Below are positions 1 through 4,915 of a stretch of DNA of 5,438 bases, in pieces. Positions within the stretch are counted from its first letter, which is position 1. Each line of letters begins with the position of its first letter. The position numbers and the translations under genes were made by a program. The stretch lies in assembly GCA_023480925.1 (NCBI GenBank), contig JAMCWY010000008.1, positions 1-5,438 of the forward strand, read 5' to 3'. Under the pieces are notes generated by a model. The model had not been told where the DNA came from. It was given only the letters and a program-made list of their open reading frames with translations, and did no database searches. This stretch comes from Patescibacteria group bacterium. GTDB lineage: Bacteria; Patescibacteriota; Minisyncoccia; UBA6257; HR35.

Positions 1-41
1 GATCTAAAATGCCCATAGCCGAAAAAAGAACGACTACTATC

Positions 42-467
42 TCAGCCACGATTCGTTCCGTCATTGTCTCTTCCTCCTTTCTCCCTATCATCGAAATCAG
101 GGAAAAATTTCTCCGGTTCAAGAAGAACCAAGCCGGAGAAAGCTACAACAGAAGAGAAAAGAAAAAGCTTACCCCAATCGGTGACGGAAAAAATCACGCC
201 CGCGATTGACATCGTCAATATGATTATTTTCAACACATTGACGAAAATTGGTTTAATTTTTGATTTCGGCGAAACCGGAATCAAACACAGCGAGCTAAGA
301 CCGGTAATAGCCAACGCCAAGATAAGTTTGGTCGACCAATAAAGAGCAACCGGCTCACTTGGCGGGATTACTTCAGTAATCGCCGACCCGATAATTATGG
401 TCACGACTACCAAAACGATGGCACCAAAAAACAATCTCGTTGCCGAAATAAAAAAATCATTTTTCAA
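42..467 (-). CDS. Hypothetical integral membrane protein (141 aa, about 4 TM helices, charged C-terminal tail)
   Basis: Complete ORF from TTG (467..465) to TGA (44..42). It has four hydrophobic stretches (LFFGAIVLVVVTIIIGSAI, LILALAITGLSSLCLIPV, IFVNVLKIIILTMSIAGVIFSV, LFLFSSVVAFSGLVLL) separated by short polar loops, followed by a charged tail (EPEKFFPDFDDREKGGRDNDG). A strong AGGAG Shine-Dalgarno sits 6 nt upstream of the TTG. I recognise no family; it lacks the CrcB motifs I checked for. Confidence 0.7.
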   Translation of the reverse strand: MKNDFFISATRLFFGAIVLVVVTIIIGSAITEVIPPSEPVALYWSTKLILALAITGLSSLCLIPVSPKSKIKPIFVNVLKIIILTMSIAGVIFSVTDWGKLFLFSSVVAFSGLVLLEPEKFFPDFDDREKGGRDNDGTNRG

Positions 468-471
468 AGTT

Positions 472-485
472 ATCTCCTATCTCCT
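472..485 (-). promoter_or_regulatory. Shine-Dalgarno region for the 42..467 CDS (tandem AGGAGAT-AGGAGAT)
   Basis: The minus strand reads AAGGAGATAGGAGATAACT-TTG. The proximal AGGAG (478..474) lies 6 nt from the TTG start, and the heptamer AGGAGAT is directly duplicated. This is the only strong SD in the window. Confidence 0.6.
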
Positions 486-694
486 TAGCGTGCGGTTTGG
501 CAAAGCAAACCAGAGGGTTTCGAGTTTAAAGCTAATTAGCTCCCTCAAAAAAAGATTATTTCAGCTACTGATTATCTCTTTTTCAAAAGACAATCTGGTC
601 AAACGCAATAATCGTTCTTTCAGAAAGCAGAAAATAAAACAAGCCAATTACTTGAACTAGAAGCCTTAAAGGAACTAACAGTAATATAATAATA

Positions 695-722
695 ATCTTA
701 TCACTTTTTTTGTACTTGTCAA
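695..722 (-). promoter_or_regulatory. Candidate sigma70-type promoter (TTGACA-16 nt-TAAGAT) facing the membrane-protein gene
   Basis: On the minus strand there is a perfect -35 TTGACA (722..717), a 16-nt spacer, then TAAGAT (700..695), which keeps the key T-12, A-11 and T-7 positions. It would give a leader of about 220 nt before the TTG at 467. The region is AT-rich, so a chance match is possible. Confidence 0.3.
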
Positions 723-864
723 CCCAAGACAGCCGCCTATTAACTCCTGATTCTTTTTGAGAAACCAAGCGCCAGAAATAAAAAAATACAGAAACCGTTT
801 CGCCAGTTAAGCTATTTTGTAATATTCTGATTTTTAACGCTATCGTTTAAAATTTATCTTGAAA

Positions 865-1212
865 ATGGAAAAAAGATTTCAACGCCGGCGGGAAAATTTT
901 CAGTGTGAACAATGTCAAATCATTGTTGGCGGCAACGGTTACACCAATCACTGCCCCAATTGTCTTTGGAGCAAACACGTTGACATCAACCCGGGCGACC
1001 GAAAAGCAAAATGCGGCGGCTTAATGAAGCCGATTGGTCTTGATTGGAAAAATAAGACTTACATTATTGTCCACCACTGTCTCAACTGCGGCCTGAAAAA
1101 AAGAAATAAAATTTCAAAAAACGACAAAATCGATCGGATTATTCAAATCACGGCGGTCACCCAGACAAAACCGCTTCGATCACGGCCGCGTTTAAAAACC
1201 GAATCAAATTAG
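865..1212 (+). CDS. RNHCP-domain zinc-ribbon protein (function unknown), 115 aa from the ATG
   Basis: The ORF runs 859..1212. The track's first start is TTG at 859, but an ATG at 865 is two codons in and is preferred. The sequence NFQCEQC...GYTNHCPNCLWSKHVDINPGDRKAKCGGLMKPIG...IIVHHCLNCG matches, from memory, the RNHCP domain family signature: (R/T)NHCPxCLWSxHVD, PGDR, CGGxMxP, and a terminal CxxCG. It has 7 Cys plus conserved His arranged as CxxC pairs, and a basic C-terminal tail. The stop is TAG at 1210..1212. Confidence 0.85.
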   Translation: MEKRFQRRRENFQCEQCQIIVGGNGYTNHCPNCLWSKHVDINPGDRKAKCGGLMKPIGLDWKNKTYIIVHHCLNCGLKKRNKISKNDKIDRIIQITAVTQTKPLRSRPRLKTESN

Positions 1213-1234
1213 CGACCGACGAAAATATTATTAG

Positions 1235-1307
1235 CGGGGGTACTAGGATTTGAACCTAGAAAACCGGTTTTGGAGACCGGTGGTTTGCCGATTGAGCCTA
1301 TGCCCCC
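1235..1307 (-). tRNA. trnW: tRNA-Trp (anticodon CCA), 3' CCA not encoded
   Basis: The minus strand folds by hand as GGGGGCA-TA-GGCT-CAATCGGCA-AACC-A-CCGGT-CTCCAAA-ACCGG-TTTT-CTAGG-TTCAAAT-CCTAG-TACCCCC-G. The anticodon stem-loop CCGGU/CUCCAAA/ACCGG is identical to that of E. coli tRNA-Trp. The T-loop TTCAAAT is canonical and the discriminator is G. There are C:A mismatches at 6:67 and 12:23. The bases after the discriminator are CT, not CCA. Confidence 0.85.
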
Positions 1308-1315
1308 GTCTTAAT

Positions 1316-1342
1316 ATTATAAATTAGTTCAAGATCTTTCAA
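1316..1342 (-). promoter_or_regulatory. Candidate promoter for tRNA-Trp (TTGAAA-15 nt-TATAAT)
   Basis: On the minus strand there is a perfect TATAAT (1321..1316), ending 8 nt before tRNA position 1. TTGAAA (1342..1337) lies 15 nt upstream and overlaps the TGA stop of the kinase gene. The spacer is shorter than the 17-nt optimum. Confidence 0.4.
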
Positions 1343-2322
1343 CCTAAAATTTTAATTTTTTGCCAAGTTGATTTTTTATAATCACTCAAACTCAAAATGC
1401 CGTTTTGAGCGCCGGGAATTTGAATAACACTGGCGGCGTTGGCACAGCCTCTTCTAATCGACTCAACCGCGGATTCCGTCCGAATATAGCTCGAGTAAAA
1501 AGCGCTAGCAAAAGCGTCGCCGGCGCCGGTCTTATCAACCGGACGGCTGATTTTAAAGCCTGGGCTGGAATAAATTTTTTCTTGGTCGGCCGCGATCACG
1601 CCTCGTTCCGCCAGGGTCAAAACGATAATTTGGGGACGAATTAGCCGTTGACGCAATCGTTTAATTAATTGTCGCTCGTCTAATTTCTGGCCAATCAACA
1701 TTTCAGCCTCTTCCTGGTTAAGAAAAATTAAATCGGTTAGATTCAAAATTGCCCAAGCTTGTTTTGATTTCAAAAACGGCGCGGAGGGATTAATCGCAAC
1801 AACCGTTCCGGCTTTTTTTAGTTTCAATAAATATTTCAACCAAACCGTTAGCGGCGTCGCACCCGGACCAATGTAAAAATAATCGCCCGGCCGAGCAACG
1901 GGCAAATCGGCTAATTTAAAAACATCGGCTGGGCTTCGATAGACAAGAATCGTTCGCTCGCCGCCGGTTGAAAGAAGAACAACCGAAAAAGACGAGAGGG
2001 CGCGGCTGTGTTTTAAATCTGTTTTTATTTTTTTCGCCGAAATTTGGTCCTGGATAAAACGACCCAAAAAATCACGGCCGAGCTTGACCACGGCCAGTTG
2101 ATCAAAGTTATTTTTTTTAAAAGTCGCGGTGGTATTGAGGCCGCCGCCGCCAAGTTCATAATCAACCTGTTCGACTTCAAGCTTGGCCCCGGAAGGAAAA
2201 CACTCGGCCAACTTCTCGGAAAAACCTTTTTTAAAAGTAAAATGCGAATCTTTCAAAATTTTAAACGAACGACTTCGAAGATAGATATCGGCGGTGGCCG
2301 TACCGATTGAAACAATTCTCAT
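1339..2322 (-). CDS. PfkB/ribokinase-family carbohydrate (or nucleoside) kinase, 327 aa; substrate not assignable
   Basis: Complete ORF from ATG (2322..2320) to TGA (1341..1339). It carries the N-terminal Gly-Gly lid motif LGGGGLNTTATF (PfkB signature 1-like). It also has NQEEAEML and LTLAERG segments and the C-terminal catalytic motif DKTGAGDAFASAF (DxxGAGD, PfkB signature 2-like). The start lies 2 nt after the secF stop. Confidence 0.9.
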   Translation of the reverse strand: MRIVSIGTATADIYLRSRSFKILKDSHFTFKKGFSEKLAECFPSGAKLEVEQVDYELGGGGLNTTATFKKNNFDQLAVVKLGRDFLGRFIQDQISAKKIKTDLKHSRALSSFSVVLLSTGGERTILVYRSPADVFKLADLPVARPGDYFYIGPGATPLTVWLKYLLKLKKAGTVVAINPSAPFLKSKQAWAILNLTDLIFLNQEEAEMLIGQKLDERQLIKRLRQRLIRPQIIVLTLAERGVIAADQEKIYSSPGFKISRPVDKTGAGDAFASAFYSSYIRTESAVESIRRGCANAASVIQIPGAQNGILSLSDYKKSTWQKIKILG

Positions 2323-2324
2323 AT

Positions 2325-3176
2325 TTATTTTTTGGTTAAATCATAAACTAATGGCGTAGCGACGAAAATTGACGAATAAGTACCGATGGTGATGCCAAAA
2401 ACTAAGGTTAGGAGAAAACCCTGAAGGCTAGGTAAGAGAAAAACCAAAGGGATAATCGAAATAACGGTCGCGAACGAGGTGTTGATCGATCGAACCAAAG
2501 TTTCCTGGATACTTTGATTGAAAACATTTTTGTCAAAACTGGTTGATTTTTTTAAATTCTCGCGCAATCGATCGAAAACAACAATCGTGTCATGAACGGA
2601 AAAACCGGCCACGACCAACAAGGCGGTGATAATGGTCAGATCAAGATAGTAGCCAAAAAATTTCGCCAAGATCAAAAAAATGCCGAAGGCGGCGAGAACA
2701 TCGTGAAACAAGGTTAAAACCACAACCGCGCCCAAGGTTAAACCGCTAACTCGCTGGTGACTTTTCCAAAACGAAATCGAGATATAAGCGCCGATGCCAA
2801 ACAAAACCATCAAAATATAAAGAATTGACTTTTGCCTCAACTCGCCGCTTAAAGATGAGCTGATCTGGTTATATTGCAACACACTCAAGTTGCGATCTTG
2901 TTGCTTCAGATTCGCGACCAAACCTTCTTCGTTCATCTGACGCGCCTGAACGAGAAAACCTTGGTTAGTCGGGAAAATCGTGTACTCGCGGCTAAATTTC
3001 GCCACGGTCGAATCAATTGACTTTAAATCCGTTTTGATTTGCAAAAAACTGCCGCCGGCCAGATCAATGCCGAAGTGAGGCGTTAAAAATATCGGAGCGT
3101 AAGCGCCAAAAATAGTCAAGGCAAGAGAAAAACCGTAAAACCAAAATCGATTTTTGACAATATCAAGCTTAATCAT
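2325..3176 (-). CDS. secF: Protein translocase subunit SecF (283 aa from the ATG)
   Basis: The start of the protein (MIKLDIVKNRFWFYGFSLALTIF...) reads as a SecF-like N-terminal TM helix. It is followed by the GIDLAGGS motif, a small periplasmic domain, then the RND-like TM bundle (HDVLAAFGIF, TIITALLVVAGFSVHDTIVVFDRLREN). The track ORF extends to a TTG at 3203, which would overlap secD by 26 nt. The ATG at 3176..3174 sits 1 nt after the secD TAA (3180..3178) and matches typical SecF N-termini, so I prefer it. Confidence 0.92.
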   Translation of the reverse strand: MIKLDIVKNRFWFYGFSLALTIFGAYAPIFLTPHFGIDLAGGSFLQIKTDLKSIDSTVAKFSREYTIFPTNQGFLVQARQMNEEGLVANLKQQDRNLSVLQYNQISSSLSGELRQKSILYILMVLFGIGAYISISFWKSHQRVSGLTLGAVVVLTLFHDVLAAFGIFLILAKFFGYYLDLTIITALLVVAGFSVHDTIVVFDRLRENLKKSTSFDKNVFNQSIQETLVRSINTSFATVISIIPLVFLLPSLQGFLLTLVFGITIGTYSSIFVATPLVYDLTKK

Positions 3177-3177
3177 T

Positions 3178-4509
3178 TTATTTTTGTTTTTTTTCCAAAA
3201 CAAATCTGAATTCGTTAATTAAATTTCGCGAAAGAAAAACCGCAGTCAAAAGACTGACCAAAACGCCTAAGCCCAAAGTCAGAGCGAAACCTTTAACGAA
3301 CGACGTCGTCATCAGATACATAATGATCGTCGTGATTAAGGTCGAAGTGTTTGAATCGCGGATCGACGACCAGGCTCTTCGAAAACCAAGATCAATCGCG
3401 TCAACGATCTTGCGACCACGTTTTAACTCCTCCTTCGTCCGTTCAAAAATCAAAATATTGGCGTCAACCGCCATTCCCACCGACAAGATCAAACCGGCGA
3501 TGCCGGCTAAGCTTAAAGTCACGCCCAAAATTTTATAAATAGCTAAGTTAAAAAACCCGTAAAAAATTAAAGCGATTGAAGCGATTAAACCAAGAAAGCG
3601 ATAATAAATCAACATAAACAAAATAACCAAAACCGCGCCGATGATACCCCCCTTAATCGCGAAATCAAGAAAAGTCTTGCCCAACGTCGGTGAAACAGTT
3701 GATTGCGAAACCAGACTTAAGGGCACGGGCAAAGCGCCCTCGTTCAAATTTTGGGCCAAACTTTTCGCCTGAGCTAAGGTAAAGCGGCCGGTGATTCGCG
3801 CCTGGCCGTCGCTGATGACATCTTGAACAATCGGCGCCGAGATTAAAGTATTGTCAATATAAATCGCGATCGGTTGTTTAAGATAAGTCTTAGTTAATTT
3901 TTCAAAAATGGCCGCGCCCTGAGAGTTAAAGACCAAACTAACATAAGGCTCGAGCGTGTTCGAATCAATTTGGACGCTGGCGCTTTTAAGATACTTACCC
4001 GTCAACTTGCTCGGAACAAAATTGACGTAAGCCGAATCGGTTGAAGTTGAAACCGACGAAGACGAAAGCGACAATGACGAAGTTTGAGTTGAAGTTGAAA
4101 TTAAGGTTGGAGCCGCGGCCGAAGTTGAAGCCGTTGGCGCGGCCGCGGTTGAAGTTGAAGCCGGCACGCGAAATTCCAAAAACGGCGTCGCGCCGATAAT
4201 CTTAATCGCCTCTTTCGGATCTTTGATGTTTGGAATTTCAACGATAACTTGACCAGACTGAGAATAGCTGACACTTGTCTCGCTGATACCCAAGATATTA
4301 ATTCGACGTTCAATTAGATCTTTAACACCGCTTAAAACACTCTTGATGTTGCTGGGTTGAACGTGGCTAAGATCAGCCTGGTACATTAAGACCGACCCGC
4401 CAACCAGATCAAGACCGAGTTTAAACTTAATCAAACTGGTGAAAACCACAATTAGGCTTAAAATTAAAAAGATGGCGAAAATTAAGATGGAAAATCTTGA
4501 TTTATTCAT
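3178..4509 (-). CDS. secD: Protein translocase subunit SecD (443 aa)
   Basis: Complete ORF from ATG (4509..4507) to TAA. It has an N-terminal TM helix followed by LGLDLVGGS. The conserved P1-base segments are present: LEFR; LTGKYLKSASV; PIAIYIDNTLISAPIVQDVISDGQARITGRFTLAQAKSLAQNLNEGALPVPL; and SPTLGK. The C-terminal TM bundle includes AGIAGLILSVGMAVDANILIFERTKEE. Confidence 0.95.
   Translation of the reverse strand: MNKSRFSILIFAIFLILSLIVVFTSLIKFKLGLDLVGGSVLMYQADLSHVQPSNIKSVLSGVKDLIERRINILGISETSVSYSQSGQVIVEIPNIKDPKEAIKIIGATPFLEFRVPASTSTAAAPTASTSAAAPTLISTSTQTSSLSLSSSSVSTSTDSAYVNFVPSKLTGKYLKSASVQIDSNTLEPYVSLVFNSQGAAIFEKLTKTYLKQPIAIYIDNTLISAPIVQDVISDGQARITGRFTLAQAKSLAQNLNEGALPVPLSLVSQSTVSPTLGKTFLDFAIKGGIIGAVLVILFMLIYYRFLGLIASIALIFYGFFNLAIYKILGVTLSLAGIAGLILSVGMAVDANILIFERTKEELKRGRKIVDAIDLGFRRAWSSIRDSNTSTLITTIIMYLMTTSFVKGFALTLGLGVLVSLLTAVFLSRNLINEFRFVLEKKQK
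4036..4164 (-). repeat. In-frame low-complexity Ser/Thr/Ala codon repeat inside secD
   Basis: The plus-strand motif gttgaagttgaa occurs at 4040..4051, 4088..4099 and 4148..4159, and gaagttgaagcc occurs at 4121..4132 and 4151..4162. A roughly 21-nt imperfect direct repeat recurs 30 nt apart: ccgcggccgaagttgaagccg at 4113..4133 and ccgcggttgaagttgaagccg at 4143..4163. The region encodes PASTSTAAAPTASTSAAAPTLISTSTQTSSLSLSSSSVSTSTDS (SecD residues about 116-158). Confidence 0.85.
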
Positions 4510-4570
4510 TCAACGATAATTAAAAATTAAATTAATTAACCTCTTTCGCGAAGAGTTCCATTCCTTTTTG

Positions 4571-4579
4571 ATTATACCA
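4571..4579 (-). promoter_or_regulatory. Candidate extended -10 promoter (TGGTATAAT) for secD-secF-kinase
   Basis: The minus strand reads TTTTTTGGTATAATC, which is a perfect TGnTATAAT (TATAAT = 4576..4571, TG = 4579..4578). It lies in the 76-nt hpf-secD spacer, about 60 nt upstream of the secD ATG. There is no good -35, which extended -10 promoters can tolerate. Confidence 0.45.
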
Positions 4580-4585
4580 AAAAAC

Positions 4586-4915
4586 TTAGGTCTCGCCTCG
4601 CGGTGGCCGATTCTTTTTTCGCGCTTGGTTTAGTCTAAATTTAAGATTTTTAACGCCCCGATTAATCGCCTGATAAATATTTTTGCCTTTGCCTTCGGCT
4701 CGAATAATATTTTTCTCCGGCAAATCAACTTGAGCCTCAAACCGATATGGTTCAGCCCGATCGAGACGGTTTTTTTCCTTTTCAATTTCAACCTCGACCA
4801 AGGCAGCCTGATCGGACTTGCCTAAAAATTTTTTTAGCTTGGACAATTTTTGATTAAGAAAATTCCTGGTTTGATTGGTGATGTTTAAGTTTTTAAGATA
4901 GTACCAAAGCTTCAT
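4586..4915 (-). CDS. hpf: Ribosome hibernation promoting factor / RaiA (YfiA) family, short form (109 aa from the ATG)
   Basis: MKLWYYLKNLNITNQTRNFLNQKLSKLKKFLGKSD...VEVEIEKEKN...FEAQVDLPEKNIIRAEGKGKNIYQAINRGVKNLKFRLNQARKK follows the HPF/YfiA beta-alpha-beta-beta-beta-alpha pattern. Compare the family pattern MxIxIxGxNxExTxALxxYxxxKLxKLxxF...AEVxL...G...A...xDxYxAIDxxxxKLxxQLxKxK. The track start is TTG at 4939. I prefer the ATG at 4915..4913 because it aligns with family N-termini and forms an ATGA overlap with the upstream stop. Confidence 0.88.
   Translation of the reverse strand: MKLWYYLKNLNITNQTRNFLNQKLSKLKKFLGKSDQAALVEVEIEKEKNRLDRAEPYRFEAQVDLPEKNIIRAEGKGKNIYQAINRGVKNLKFRLNQARKKNRPPRGET

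Noticed and set aside
9-342. Plus-strand ORFs 9..209 and 64..342
   Set aside because: These are shadow ORFs antisense to the 42..467 membrane-protein CDS, which has an SD and coherent TM topology. They have low-complexity K/E/R-rich translations.
397-660. 87-aa plus-strand ORF (very basic, KR-rich)
   Set aside because: It overlaps the well-supported membrane-protein gene by 71 nt on the opposite strand. It has no recognisable domain and a composition typical of an antisense or AT-rich artefact.
685-690. Plus-strand TATAAT (in TAATATAAT) as a promoter for the RNHCP gene
   Set aside because: No acceptable -35 or TG extension lies at the right spacing, and it sits about 175 nt from the ATG in AT-rich sequence. 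It is probably a chance match.
583-768. 61-aa minus-strand ORF with one hydrophobic segment (KIIIILLLVPLRLLVQVIGLFYFLL), a possible small membrane protein
   Set aside because: It starts at TTG with no Shine-Dalgarno. It lies in AT-rich DNA, where I/L/F/K-rich ORFs arise by chance. It also contains the best promoter-like element of the region. It is not excluded, but support is too weak to call it a feature.
1405-2310. Plus-strand ORFs 1405..1644 and 2044..2310
   Set aside because: They are antisense to the PfkB kinase gene, whose family motifs are unambiguous. No motifs or start context support them.
3177-3203. TTG-extended starts that create gene overlaps (secF at 3203, hpf at 4939, RNHCP at 859)
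   Set aside because: In each case an in-frame ATG a few codons downstream (3176, 4915, 865) gives an N-terminus that matches the family and a tidy junction with the upstream gene. The TTG extensions have no SD.
3323-3542. Plus-strand ORFs 3323..3538 and 3351..3542
   Set aside because: They are antisense to the conserved TM region of secD. Their translations are R/S/P/K-rich nonsense typical of the opposite strand of a membrane-protein gene.
4139-4146. GC-rich palindromes (GCGGCCGC, CCGCGG) within an AT-rich window
   Set aside because: They arise from consecutive Ala codons (AAA tripeptides) in the SecD linker and are part of the coding repeat. There is no evidence for a regulatory or recombination role.
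4036-4164. Possibility that the gttgaagttgaa repeats are a CRISPR array or minisatellite
   Set aside because: The units are 12-30 nt with no spacer-repeat architecture, and they lie in frame inside secD. They are a coding low-complexity repeat.
4101-4313. 70-aa minus-strand ORF (RLQLRPRLQP-type repeats)
   Set aside because: It is an alternative frame of the secD S/T/A repeat region. Its repetitive RP/LQ translation is simply the frame-shifted reading of the gttgaagttgaa repeat.
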